A stretch of 64,000 nucleotides of DNA, taken from Vicinamibacteria bacterium. GTDB lineage: Bacteria; Acidobacteriota; Vicinamibacteria; Marinacidobacterales; Marinacidobacteraceae. A program made the position numbers and the translations under genes. Within the stretch, counting starts at the first letter, position 1, and every line of letters starts with the position of its first letter. The notes under the pieces were generated by a model. It did not search any database, had not been told where the DNA came from, and worked only from the letters and a program-made list of their open reading frames with translations. Positions 45,680 through 55,074 of the stretch are shown here, in pieces. The stretch is from NCBI GenBank assembly GCA_963422395.1, contig OY729431.1, forward strand, positions 2,016,001 through 2,080,000. Direction: 5' to 3'.

Positions 45680-45985
45680 GTGTCCGTCTGCGAGTTCGAT
45701 TTCCGTCTGCCCGTCGGGGCCGAAAGGCTCCTCCGCGCCTTGCAGCGCGACTTCGCCCGCTTCGGCGGCACGATCAGCGGAACGGAAAACCCCGGCGGCG
45801 GGGGCGAGTTCTCCCTGCCGACTCCCCTCGGAACCTTTACCGGGACCTACCGCGTCGAGGAGAGCCCGGCCGCGGAAGGCTGCGCGGTGCGGATCGAGCT
45901 CGCCGACAAGCCGATGTTCCTGCCCTGTTCCGCGATCGGGGACCACCTCGCCCGCCGTCTCCAAAAAGCCGCCGCCTCTTCCTGA
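45680..45985 (+). CDS. Hypothetical protein
   Basis: GTG-start ORF filling the gap between two genes; GEFSLPTPLG..GTYRV..IELADKPMFLPCSAI looks like a real small alpha/beta protein. Confidence 0.55.
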   Translation: MSVCEFDFRLPVGAERLLRALQRDFARFGGTISGTENPGGGGEFSLPTPLGTFTGTYRVEESPAAEGCAVRIELADKPMFLPCSAIGDHLARRLQKAAASS

Positions 45986-45995
45986 ACCCTTCCGG

Positions 45996-48149
45996 ATGGC
46001 CGGAACCACGGAAGCCCTCTCGCGGGTCCGCATCGACGCGCTGCTCCGAGACGCCGGCTGGAACCCGACCGACGGGATGAGCATCCACCACGAGGAAAGG
46101 CTTCCGGACGGCTCGTTCGCCGACTATGTGCTCGCCGACCACTTGGGTCGGCCGCTGGCGATCGTCGAGGCCAAGCGGGCGAGCATCGATCCCATCGCCG
46201 CGCAGGACCAGGGGATCCACTACGCGAAACAGCTGGGAGTCCCCTTCGTCTTCCTGTCGAATGGCGAGGAGATCCGATTCCTGGACCGGGAGACCGACGC
46301 GCACGCCCGAAGAGTGGCCACCTTCTTTTCGCAGGACGACCTTGAACGGCGGCGCGCCGCGCGGACCTACCGCCGGCGACTCTCCGATATTCCGATCGAC
46401 CGGAAGATCGTGGACCGCGACTACCAGATCGAATGCATCGAGGCGCTCTCCGCCGAAGTCTCGCGCGGAAAGCGCCGGCTGCTGGTCGAGATGGCGACCG
46501 GAACCGGCAAGACCCGCACCGCCGCCGCCTTCATCGGGCGCCTCTTCGAGGCGGGCATCGTCACCCGGGTTCTGTTCCTGGTGGACCGGATCGCGCTCGC
46601 CCGGCAGGCCGAAGACGCCTTCACCGATCACCTCTGCGACTATCCCTGCCGGGTGCTGCGGCCCGGCCGCGGCTTCGACCGCGCGGCGCGGATCACCGTC
46701 GCCACCCTGCAGACGATGCTCACCGAGCACCGCGAACTGTCGTCCGGTTTCTACGATCTGGTGATCACCGACGAATGCCACCGCTCGATCTACGGCGAGT
46801 GGAGCGGAACGCTCCGCCATTTCGACGCGATCCAGATGGGGCTGACCGCGACCCCCCTGGTCGGGCCCGAAGTCGCTCCCGAGACGGAGAGCGCCGATCC
46901 CGAGGACGCCCGCTTCGTGCGCGACACGCTGCGCTTCTTCGAGCTCGATCGGCCCACCTTTCGCTACCAGCTCGATCGAGCGATCCGCGAGGGCTACCTC
47001 GCCCCCTACCGCATCTACCGGGCGCTCACCTTCAAGACCGCCGCGCGGGACGGGTTCCAAGTGCGGCGCGGCGAGCTCGACTGGTCGGCGATGGACGAGG
47101 GGACGCGCCACGAACTCGAGGAGCTTTTCGGAGATTCCGACGCCATCCGGGTGGACCCGCAGTCGCTGGAGCGGAAGTTCACGATCCCGGAACGAAATCG
47201 CGCCCTGGTACGCGAGTTCCGCCGGGTGCTCGAAGCAGGCTATGCGGACCGGGAGGGGCAGCAGCGGTTCGCTCATCCCGGCAAGACCATCGTGTTCGCA
47301 GTGACGAAACGCCATGCGGAGGCGCTCGCCACGATGTTCGACGAGCACTTCGCGGACGAAAAGCCCCAGCCAGCAATCCGCTATGCCGATTTCGTGGTCA
47401 GCGATGTCGGGGGCGGCCCCGCCCCCGATGCGAGCACGATCATCGAGCGCTTCAAGAACGAGGACTATCCGAAGATCCTGGTCAGCGTGAACATGCTGGA
47501 CACCGGTTTCGATTGCCCCGAAGTGGTGAACCTGGTGATGGCGCGGTTCACCAAGAGCGGCATCCTCTACCGGCAGATGCGGGGCCGGGGGACGCGCCTC
47601 GCGCCGCACATCGGAAAGACCGGCTTCACGATCTTCGATTTCGCCGGGGTGAGCGAATTCCACGGCGACGACGAAAGCGGCAGCGCCGGGGACAGCGTCC
47701 GCGAACCGGGGCGGCCCTACCAGCCGGCGTCGGGACGGATGCTGCTGACCCTCGAGGTGGACGATCTGATCGACCCGGCGACCCGCGACTGGCTGACGCT
47801 CGACGAGAACGGTCGCATCGTGCGCACCCAGGCGCACCAGGTGCGGGCGGGCGAGCTCGCCATGCACTTCGAAGCCTGGTGCGGGGAGCACCGCCTGAAC
47901 GCCGAACAGTCCCGCTGGACCCGCCTCATCGGCAGCCGAATCCAGGCCGACGCGACGCGCCTCGAAACCTTTTCGGACTACGACCTCGACGCCCATCCCT
48001 TCACCGGAATCGGCGGTTACGACGAGGCGGTGCGCGTCTTCGGCGGACCGGAAACGCTCGCCGCGCTGCTCGCCGAGCTCAACGAAGCGGTCTTCGGCAG
48101 CGGCGGCCGGAAGAGCTCGCCGGACCCCGAGCCACCCGCCGGCGACTGA
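45996..48149 (+). CDS. hsdR: Type I restriction enzyme R subunit (EcoAI/EcoEI-like)
   Basis: Nuclease ADYVL..IVEAKR; MATGTGKT, DECHRS, GLTATP, MLDTGFD, QMRGRGTR. Confidence 0.92.
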   Translation: MAGTTEALSRVRIDALLRDAGWNPTDGMSIHHEERLPDGSFADYVLADHLGRPLAIVEAKRASIDPIAAQDQGIHYAKQLGVPFVFLSNGEEIRFLDRETDAHARRVATFFSQDDLERRRAARTYRRRLSDIPIDRKIVDRDYQIECIEALSAEVSRGKRRLLVEMATGTGKTRTAAAFIGRLFEAGIVTRVLFLVDRIALARQAEDAFTDHLCDYPCRVLRPGRGFDRAARITVATLQTMLTEHRELSSGFYDLVITDECHRSIYGEWSGTLRHFDAIQMGLTATPLVGPEVAPETESADPEDARFVRDTLRFFELDRPTFRYQLDRAIREGYLAPYRIYRALTFKTAARDGFQVRRGELDWSAMDEGTRHELEELFGDSDAIRVDPQSLERKFTIPERNRALVREFRRVLEAGYADREGQQRFAHPGKTIVFAVTKRHAEALATMFDEHFADEKPQPAIRYADFVVSDVGGGPAPDASTIIERFKNEDYPKILVSVNMLDTGFDCPEVVNLVMARFTKSGILYRQMRGRGTRLAPHIGKTGFTIFDFAGVSEFHGDDESGSAGDSVREPGRPYQPASGRMLLTLEVDDLIDPATRDWLTLDENGRIVRTQAHQVRAGELAMHFEAWCGEHRLNAEQSRWTRLIGSRIQADATRLETFSDYDLDAHPFTGIGGYDEAVRVFGGPETLAALLAELNEAVFGSGGRKSSPDPEPPAGD

Positions 48150-48161
48150 CGAATCTTCGAG

Positions 48162-49811
48162 ATGGCGCTGCCTCCCGAGCTGCGCCGCGGCCTCGATCGC
48201 ATCCGCGACCATCTCTACGGGGGCGGCTATCCGAACCCGGCCCAAAACGCCGAACAGCTCAGCTTCCTGATCTTCTTCTCCATGTACGAGGCGGCGGACG
48301 CCGCCCGGATCCGCGGCGCCCGGCGGCCGGGAGCCCCGCCCTACCGGAGCGTCTTCGAGGGCGAATGGCCACTGCGGAACCCGAGGAACGCCCTGAGCAA
48401 CACCCCGAGAAGCACTCGGACTCCCGGCGACCGGACGGTCCCTCGGGCCTCGCTCCGCTGGTCCTCCTGGGCGAAGGCGCTGAACGGCGAGCGGCTGGTC
48501 TCCTGGGTGCGCGAGGAGGTCTTTCCCTTCTACGCGGGGATCGCCACCGAAGGGATCACCGACTTCATGGACGGCGCCCGCCTGGTGATCGACGAGCCGG
48601 CGGTGCTCGCCTCGGTGATCTCGCGGGTGGGCGATCTCCAGCTCGAGCAGGTGGATGCCGACACCAAGGGCGACTTCTTCGAACATGTGTTGCGCCAGAT
48701 CCGGCAGGCCGGCGAGCTCGGGCAGTTCCGCACTCCACGCCACCTGATCCGCGCCGTGGTGCGCCTCGTGGACCCGCGCCTCGGCGAGACGGTGTACGAC
48801 CCCGCCGCCGGCACCGCCGGTTTCCTGGTCGGCGCCTACGACCACATCCGGCTCGCCAACTCCTCGTCACACGGCGTCCACGAGATCGAGGCGGAAGGCA
48901 AGACGGTTCGCCGTGGCCTCGGCGACCGGCTCGGCGCAGACGCCGCGCGGCAGCTGGAGCGGGCGACTCTCTTCGGCAACGATGTGGATCCGCAGATGGT
49001 GCGGCTCGCCACCATGAACCTGACGCTCCGTGGCCTGGACCGGGTGCGGGTCTCGCGCCGGGACGCGCTGACCCGCTCGCTCGACCGGGCGGCGAAAGCG
49101 GAGCTCGGCCTGCCGGCGGTGGGTTTCGATGTCATCCTCGCCAACCCGCCCTTTTCGGGCCGGCTGGACCGCGACCGCATCGTCGAGGAGGTGAGAGTCG
49201 GCAGGACGGCGCAGACCGAACTCCTGTTCCTGCGATACATGCTGCATCAGCTGAAACCGGGCGGGCGCGCGGGCGTGGTGGTCCCCGAAGGGGTGCTCTT
49301 CGGCGGCAGCAGAGCGCACCGGGAGCTGCGGCGACAGTTGATCGAGAACAATCGCGTCGAGGCGGTGCTGTCGCTTCCCGGCGGGGTGTTCCAACCCTAT
49401 TCCGGCGTGAAGACCTCGGTGTTGGTCTTCCGCAAGGGCGGCAACACCGATCGAGTGCTCTTCCTGTTCGCCGAGAACGACGGCTTCAAGCTCGACGCGA
49501 ACCACGACCGGCCCATCGCCGAGGACGACCTGCCCGGCCTGATCGAGGTCTTCCGGGACCGGGAGGCGCGCTGGCGGGAGTGGCGCGAGCACGACCGGGA
49601 GGCGGAATGGACCGCGAACTGGTGGTTCGCCGAGGCGGACGCCATCCGCGCCGCCGACTGGAACCTGAGCGCCGGCCGCCACCGCCCACCGAACCGCACC
49701 CGAATCGAACACCGCGACCCGCTCACGATCCTCGAAGAGCTGCGTGGTATCGAAAGCGAAATCCTGCAGGAGCTCGACGTGCTGTCGGATGCGGTGGAGA
49801 AGGCGCTATGA
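48162..49811 (+). CDS. hsdM: Type I R-M methyltransferase subunit
   Basis: GQFRTPRH, YDPAAGTAGFL, ILANPPF, VVPEGVLF. Confidence 0.95.
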   Translation: MALPPELRRGLDRIRDHLYGGGYPNPAQNAEQLSFLIFFSMYEAADAARIRGARRPGAPPYRSVFEGEWPLRNPRNALSNTPRSTRTPGDRTVPRASLRWSSWAKALNGERLVSWVREEVFPFYAGIATEGITDFMDGARLVIDEPAVLASVISRVGDLQLEQVDADTKGDFFEHVLRQIRQAGELGQFRTPRHLIRAVVRLVDPRLGETVYDPAAGTAGFLVGAYDHIRLANSSSHGVHEIEAEGKTVRRGLGDRLGADAARQLERATLFGNDVDPQMVRLATMNLTLRGLDRVRVSRRDALTRSLDRAAKAELGLPAVGFDVILANPPFSGRLDRDRIVEEVRVGRTAQTELLFLRYMLHQLKPGGRAGVVVPEGVLFGGSRAHRELRRQLIENNRVEAVLSLPGGVFQPYSGVKTSVLVFRKGGNTDRVLFLFAENDGFKLDANHDRPIAEDDLPGLIEVFRDREARWREWREHDREAEWTANWWFAEADAIRAADWNLSAGRHRPPNRTRIEHRDPLTILEELRGIESEILQELDVLSDAVEKAL

Positions 49812-50980
49812 GAGCACGCACTGCACCGCTCGGCCAACTGTGCGAGATGGATCGGCGCGGACTTCGACCGGACGACTCCCTCGCTGCCGATCTTCCCTTC
49901 GTGGGAGTGGAGAATGTAGCGGCAGGGACCGGCGTGCTGAACTTGGATACCGCATCGCGTGTCGGCGTTCAGAAGAGCACTTCGTTTCAGTTTGATGAGC
50001 GTCATGTCCTCTACGGAAAACTTCGTCCTTACCTGAACAAGGTTGCCGCTCCCGGATTCGTCGGCAGATGCTCGACCGAGCTGATCCCGCTCCTGCCCGG
50101 CGACGAGATGGACCGAGATTTCCTCGCGTATCTCCTTCGGCGCAAGGAGACCGCCGCGTTTGCGATGGCGTCGGCGACGGGGACACGAATGCCCCGTGCG
50201 GATATGAAGGCGCTGCTGTCCATGCCGGTTCCTTTCCCTTCACTCGAGGAGCAGCGGCGCATCGTCGCCGTTCTGAACCAGGCGGCGAAGATCGAACGCC
50301 TGCGCACCCGCGCTGCCGAGCGCTTGCGGGAATTCCTCCCCGCCCTCTTCCTCGAGATGTTCGGCGACCCGATCCGAAACCCCCGGAAGTGGAAGGTCGC
50401 CCCGCTCGGCTCCGTCTGCACCCTGGTGCAGTACGGAACGAGCAAAAAGGCCGATGTGGGTATGGAAGGCACCCCCATCTTACGAATGGGAAATGTGACC
50501 CATGACGGCTATATCCACTGCGCCGACATGAAACATGTCGACTTGTCGAGTGCCGAAAAGGAAAAATATTCGCTTTCTACCGGCGACATCCTGTTCAATC
50601 GAACGAACAGCAGGGAGCTCGTCGGCAAGACCGGACTGTGGGATGGCCGCTTCGAGGCAGTCGCAGCCTCCTACTTCATCCGGCTACGCATGAACATGAA
50701 GATCGTTCGTCCCAGCTATATATGGGCCTTCATGAACAACCGCGCCATGAAAATGCTTCTATATCGGCTTGCCCGTGGTGCCATTGGACAAGCCAACATC
50801 AACAGCAGCGAGCTCAAGTTGCTCACTGTGCTCCTCCCCCCACTCGCCATCCAAGCGCAGTTCGAGCGATTGCTCATCAGAACACGCAAGGTAGCTAACG
50901 CTTTCGATTCTTCTCAGGAAACCGCTGCGGCGCTCAGCGCCTCGCTGATGGATCGTCTGCTGGAAGAGCTGCCTGACTGA
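49808..50980 (+). CDS. hsdS: Type I R-M specificity subunit
   Basis: ATGA overlap with hsdM; TRD1 (LYGKLRPYLNKV), PSLEEQRRIV, FLEMFGDP..W, TRD2 (GDILFNRTNS), PPLAIQAQF. Confidence 0.93.
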   Translation: MRARTAPLGQLCEMDRRGLRPDDSLAADLPFVGVENVAAGTGVLNLDTASRVGVQKSTSFQFDERHVLYGKLRPYLNKVAAPGFVGRCSTELIPLLPGDEMDRDFLAYLLRRKETAAFAMASATGTRMPRADMKALLSMPVPFPSLEEQRRIVAVLNQAAKIERLRTRAAERLREFLPALFLEMFGDPIRNPRKWKVAPLGSVCTLVQYGTSKKADVGMEGTPILRMGNVTHDGYIHCADMKHVDLSSAEKEKYSLSTGDILFNRTNSRELVGKTGLWDGRFEAVAASYFIRLRMNMKIVRPSYIWAFMNNRAMKMLLYRLARGAIGQANINSSELKLLTVLLPPLAIQAQFERLLIRTRKVANAFDSSQETAAALSASLMDRLLEELPD

Positions 50981-51170
50981 TTCCGACCGTCCATCCTCCA
51001 TCGGCGAAGGACGATCCGCGTCGAATTCGTCGAATTCGTCGCCCACAGGGGGCGCCTCTTCAAGAAAAGACTCTCAGTCAGGGCGCTCCGCGGTCGACTC
51101 CCCGGGACCGAAATCCGCCCCGGCGACGGTGCGCTCTGGGGAGCGCTCTCTCGCACGGTACAGGCGCGGA

Positions 51171-52097
51171 TCAGCGGCGGGCGACCGGGTTCTCGAGGAC
51201 CCCCACCGTCTCCACTTCGACGGAGACCATGTCGCCCTCGTTCATCGCCTGGGTGGTGCCGGGGGTGCCGGTGAAGATGAGATCGCCGGGCATCAGCGTC
51301 ACATAGCGGCTCACATAGCTGACGATTTCGCTGGTGTCGAAGATGAGATCACTGGTGCGCTGCTGCTGGACGATCTCGCCGTTCAGGCGGGTGGTGAGTT
51401 CGAGGTCGTCGTAGTCCACTCCCCGCGAGATCACCGGGCCGAGGGGTCCGTAAGTATCGGACGCCTTCGCCCGGAACCACTGCAGATCGGCGCTCTGCCA
51501 GTCGCGCTCGCTGACATCGTTGCCGGCGGTCACCCCGAAGATGTAGTCCTGCGCCTCGGCGGCCGGAACATCCCGCGCCTCCTCGCCGATCACGATCACC
51601 AGTTCGCCCTCGTAGTGGACATTCCCGGCGTCTTCGGTCATCTCAATGGCGTCGCCCGGCCCGACGATGCTGGTCGGCAGCTTGGCGAAGACTCCCGGAT
51701 AGGGTGCCGGCTCGCGGTCGCCGAGGTGCGAGGCGTAGTTGAGCCCGATGGCGATCACCTTGAGAGCGGATCCACCGCCGGGCTCTGCCGGGGCGAGGAG
51801 ATGCGCCTCGGCGCGGGGAACGAATCGTCCGGTCGGCGCCCCGCCGGCCCAAGGGGCGGCGTGGAGTTCCACCACCGAGTCGCCTTCGATCCTCCCCCAG
51901 GCCGCCTCGCCGGAGGCGTCCGCGAAGCGGACATAGGCGCCGGCGGGCTGCTCGGCGACCGCTACCGCCGCCGGCTCCTCGGCGGGCGCTTCCGGTGCCG
52001 GAGCGCTGCAGCCGAGGACCAGCGGGAGGAACGCCACGAACAGCACGGTGGAACGGGAAGATCGAATCGAGAATCGGAACAGGGAGAATCTGAACAA
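51171..52097 (-). CDS. Fumarylacetoacetate hydrolase family protein with lipoprotein signal
   Basis: GAGGAGG RBS before TTG 52097; lipobox VLGC; IGLNYASH, HYEGEL, NDVSERDWQ, TLMPGDLIFTGTPG. Confidence 0.9.
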   Translation of the reverse strand: MFRFSLFRFSIRSSRSTVLFVAFLPLVLGCSAPAPEAPAEEPAAVAVAEQPAGAYVRFADASGEAAWGRIEGDSVVELHAAPWAGGAPTGRFVPRAEAHLLAPAEPGGGSALKVIAIGLNYASHLGDREPAPYPGVFAKLPTSIVGPGDAIEMTEDAGNVHYEGELVIVIGEEARDVPAAEAQDYIFGVTAGNDVSERDWQSADLQWFRAKASDTYGPLGPVISRGVDYDDLELTTRLNGEIVQQQRTSDLIFDTSEIVSYVSRYVTLMPGDLIFTGTPGTTQAMNEGDMVSVEVETVGVLENPVARR

Positions 52098-52306
52098 GGG
52101 GGCTGCCTCCTCGCGGCCGAGCCTATCAGCCCGAATTCGATCCCGCAGCTCGACGCGGCGAGTCGACACAGCAGGTCGAAGGAATCCAGCAGGCGGGCCG
52201 CTGGGCACCGCCGGTCGCTCCCTTGCGGGGCCAGCATGGCCCCGCGAACACGCCGGATGACTCGTCCACAGGCTGCTAGATTTCCCGCCACCACCGAGAG
52301 GCAGCC

Positions 52307-52552
52307 ATGCCCTACTCCCTCGATACCGCAGCCGCCGCCGAGCGCATCACCGCCGCCGGGGCCGATCCTGCCCTCGCCCGCGCCATCGTCACCGAACTCG
52401 CACTCACCGACGAAAGCAGCGCCTCGAAGGCCGACCTCGACGCCCTCGAAGCCCGGCTCACCGCCGCGATCAGCGCCTCCGAGCGCCGGGGCATCCTCGC
52501 CGCCCTCGCCATCGCCGGGCTCCTCTTCGCCGCCCTCCGCCTCTTCGCGTAG
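52307..52552 (+). CDS. Small DUF1640/CCDC90-like coiled-coil protein with C-terminal TM helix
   Basis: GAGAGG RBS; LDTAAAAERITAAG..A.AIV..ASKADL..LEARL, hydrophobic C-terminus. Confidence 0.65.
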   Translation: MPYSLDTAAAAERITAAGADPALARAIVTELALTDESSASKADLDALEARLTAAISASERRGILAALAIAGLLFAALRLFA

Positions 52553-52555
52553 CCG

Positions 52556-52969
52556 CTATCCCGGAGGGTCGGGCTCGCGGCAGCGGCGGCGGCGGTTCCG
52601 GGCCACGATTTCGTAGGCCAGCAGCTCGGCGAGCAGGAGGGGCGGGAAGGCGTAGGCCAGCACCGCCAGGGCGCGGGCGGGCACCCCCCGCATCCCCCGA
52701 GGGGCACAGTCCAGCATTAATCGGTTCACCGCGAACGCACCTCCGTGGATTCGGCCGCGGCGGTCGCGGAAGCGCAGCCGCCGCTCACAGGCGAACCGGC
52801 TGATCCCGATGCCCGCGAGTTCCCGGTCCGAGAGCTCCTGATAGGCGGAGAACCGAACCTCCCTGCCCTCCGTGAATCGTGCGGCGGCCGCCGCCAGGCG
52901 GGAGCAGAGGCCGCAGCCGCCGTCGTAGATGAGGAGGGGAGCGGTTCCGGAGCGGCGGGGCGGGTTCAG
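52556..52969 (-). CDS. DCC1-like (DUF393) thiol-disulfide oxidoreductase family protein
   Basis: LIYDGGCGLC (DxxCxxC), GAFAV, YEIVARNR; probable CTG start overlapping the upstream TGA. Confidence 0.78.
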   Translation of the reverse strand: MNPPRRSGTAPLLIYDGGCGLCSRLAAAAARFTEGREVRFSAYQELSDRELAGIGISRFACERRLRFRDRRGRIHGGAFAVNRLMLDCAPRGMRGVPARALAVLAYAFPPLLLAELLAYEIVARNRRRRCREPDPPG

Positions 52970-53244
52970 CTGAGGTCGAGCCGGGGCAGATCGCGGCCGC
53001 TGCCGTTGAAGCGGTTGTTCGGGTGGCGGCGGAGGAGCCACACCCGGAAGAGCCCGAACCCGAGCCCGACGATCACCGTCCCGAGCACCAGCGCCCCGGC
53101 GAGGGCGAACGACTCGAGGATGAGGGACAGGATCCCCCGCGGGGGTTCGGGATCGGAGAGCGTGAAGTACTCGACCGCCGGCGGCTGCAGCAGCAGGATC
53201 GCCCAAGGCAGGACCGCGGCGAAGAGCCGGGACGGGAAGGACAT
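52966..53244 (-). CDS. Small hypothetical membrane protein
   Basis: MSFPSRLFAAVLPWAILLL and a second hydrophobic helix FALAGALVLGTVIVGLGFGLF. Confidence 0.6.
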   Translation of the reverse strand: MSFPSRLFAAVLPWAILLLQPPAVEYFTLSDPEPPRGILSLILESFALAGALVLGTVIVGLGFGLFRVWLLRRHPNNRFNGSGRDLPRLDLS

Positions 53245-53387
53245 TCTCGAAGTTCGCGCAGCGGGTCGAAGCTCGCGCATGGGCCGGATCCCGCGGGGTC
53301 GTTCAGATCCCGCAGGGCGGGGCCGACCCGCAGCCCCAGGGCGCCGGACCGATGCCGGATTGTAGTGGGGGCGGCGCCGCCGGGGCG

Positions 53388-54170
53388 CTACCCGCCTTTC
53401 GCGACCTCCGACAGCGAGCGCTCCAGCGCCCGCTCGATGCGGGCGGTGAGCGGGCCGGTATCGAAGCGAAAGGCGCGGGACACCTCGTCGCGAATCCCGG
53501 GAGCGTCCCCGGCATCGAACCAGATCGGGGGCTGCTCGTCGGCGAGCGCGAAGAAACTCAGCATCAGGTGAGCGACGCGGAAATTGGCGTTCACGAAGGG
53601 AGAGATATCGAGGAAACGGGCGAAGAACAACGCGGCGCGCGGCGCGGTCTCGAGGTCGCGCCCGCTCTGACCAGAGATCCAGGTGAGCAGTTCGCCCAGC
53701 CGGAGCGGGATCGTCTGGGGAGGCGACAGGCCCGCGCCCGAGAACTGGGGCTCGATCTGGGAAGCGCGGAACGAAGAGGGGCCCGCCTCCCCGGTGGCGA
53801 TCGCGTGGATCTCGCCGAGTAGCGGCGCGGTGGGATCCCGCCCGTCCGCTTCGCTCGATCCCGCCGCCTGTTCGAGGCGGCGGAGCGCGGCGAGAGGCGC
53901 TCTGAAAGCGGGCGCGGCGGCGAGGTTTCCTTCGCGTCCCGCCCGGATTTCCGCCTCGGAAGCCGCAGAGTCGGGGAGCTGCCCGGTGAGTTGTAGTGTC
54001 GCGCGCGCCGCTTCGATCGAAAGCGTCCGGCAACGCTCGCTAAAGCGCGCCCGCCCCAGGCGGCGGACGATCCTCTCCCGGCGCGCCCGCAGTTCCGGCC
54101 CCGGACCGGCGGCAGTCGGCGCGTCGGGCAAGGAGCCGCCGCCCGGGTGGAGCGGCAGCGCCTCGGCCAT
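53388..54170 (-). CDS. Fic/Doc-fold protein with degenerate active-site motif
   Basis: [37 protein letters not shown] aligning to HPFxDGNGR. Confidence 0.65.
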   Translation of the reverse strand: MAEALPLHPGGGSLPDAPTAAGPGPELRARRERIVRRLGRARFSERCRTLSIEAARATLQLTGQLPDSAASEAEIRAGREGNLAAAPAFRAPLAALRRLEQAAGSSEADGRDPTAPLLGEIHAIATGEAGPSSFRASQIEPQFSGAGLSPPQTIPLRLGELLTWISGQSGRDLETAPRAALFFARFLDISPFVNANFRVAHLMLSFFALADEQPPIWFDAGDAPGIRDEVSRAFRFDTGPLTARIERALERSLSEVAKGG

Positions 54171-54177
54171 CGGGGAA

Positions 54178-54275
54178 ATCCTACTGCCCGGCATCGGCCA
54201 GCGAGCGGGAGCAACGGATGCCGGAAGGAAAGGCCGGCGAGAAAGGAACGAAGGGGCAGCCCAGCAGCCTACAAT
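54178..54275. promoter_or_regulatory. Divergent pair of -10 elements, each 7 nt before a start codon (probable leaderless promoters)
   Basis: Minus-strand TAGGAT (54178-54183), N7, ATG 54170; plus-strand TACAAT (54270-54275), N7, GTG 54283. Confidence 0.6.
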
Positions 54276-54282
54276 CGGATCG

Positions 54283-55074
54283 GTGCTGGCCCGGCGGATC
54301 ATCCCCTGCCTCGATGTGAAGGACGGCCGGGTGGTCAAGGGAGTGCGGTTCGAGAACCTGAAGGATGCGGGCGACCCGGTGGAGTGGGCTTCGGCCTACG
54401 ACGCCGGAGAGGCCGACGAACTCTGCCTGCTGGACATCACCGCGACCTGGGAGGCGCGCGGGACGGCGCTCGGGACGGTGGCGCGGGTTGCGGAGACGCT
54501 GGCCATCCCCTTCACCGTCGGCGGCGGCGTCCGTTCGGTGGCCGACATGGACAACCTGCTCCGGGCGGGCGCGGACAAGGTCTCGATGAACAGCGCCGCG
54601 GTCGAAAGGCCCCGACTCCTCGCCGAAGCCAGCAGACAGTTCGGTTCCCAATGCGTCGTCCTCGCAGTGGATGCCCGGCGGAATCGGAACCGGGAGTTCG
54701 AAGTGGTGGTCGCCGGAGGCAGGACCCCGACGGGAGTCGGCGCCCTCGATTGGATCCGCCGCGGCGAGGAGCTCGGCGCCGGAGAGATCCTCTGGACCAG
54801 CATGGACCGCGACGGGACCGGGAACGGCTACGACCTCGAACAGCTCTGCAGGGCGGCGGAGGCGGTGTCGGTCCCGATCATCGCCTCGGGAGGCGCCGGC
54901 CGGCTCTCGCACCTCGCGGAACTGTTCGAGCGCACCGAGGCGAGCGCGGCGCTCGCCGCCTCCATCTTCCACCGGCGCCTCCATACCCTCGCCGAGGCGA
55001 AGCGCTACCTCGCCGGCCGCGGCATCCCGGTCCGCCCGCCGGAGGCCGATTGTTTCGGGCCCGGAGCAGCATGA
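54283..55074 (+). CDS. hisF: Imidazole glycerol phosphate synthase cyclase subunit
   Basis: [44 protein letters not shown]. Confidence 0.96.
   Translation: MLARRIIPCLDVKDGRVVKGVRFENLKDAGDPVEWASAYDAGEADELCLLDITATWEARGTALGTVARVAETLAIPFTVGGGVRSVADMDNLLRAGADKVSMNSAAVERPRLLAEASRQFGSQCVVLAVDARRNRNREFEVVVAGGRTPTGVGALDWIRRGEELGAGEILWTSMDRDGTGNGYDLEQLCRAAEAVSVPIIASGGAGRLSHLAELFERTEASAALAASIFHRRLHTLAEAKRYLAGRGIPVRPPEADCFGPGAA

Noticed and set aside
46433-49807. 1515-aa ORF suggesting a giant HsdS fusion
   Set aside because: The upstream part is an Arg/Pro-rich off-frame shadow of hsdR/hsdM; HsdS starts at ATG 49808 overlapping the hsdM stop
51019-51041. CGTCGAATT x2.5 micro-repeat containing two GAATTC sites downstream of hsdS
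   Set aside because: Too short, with no matching copy found at the other end of the R-M locus, so not supportable as an att site or target duplication
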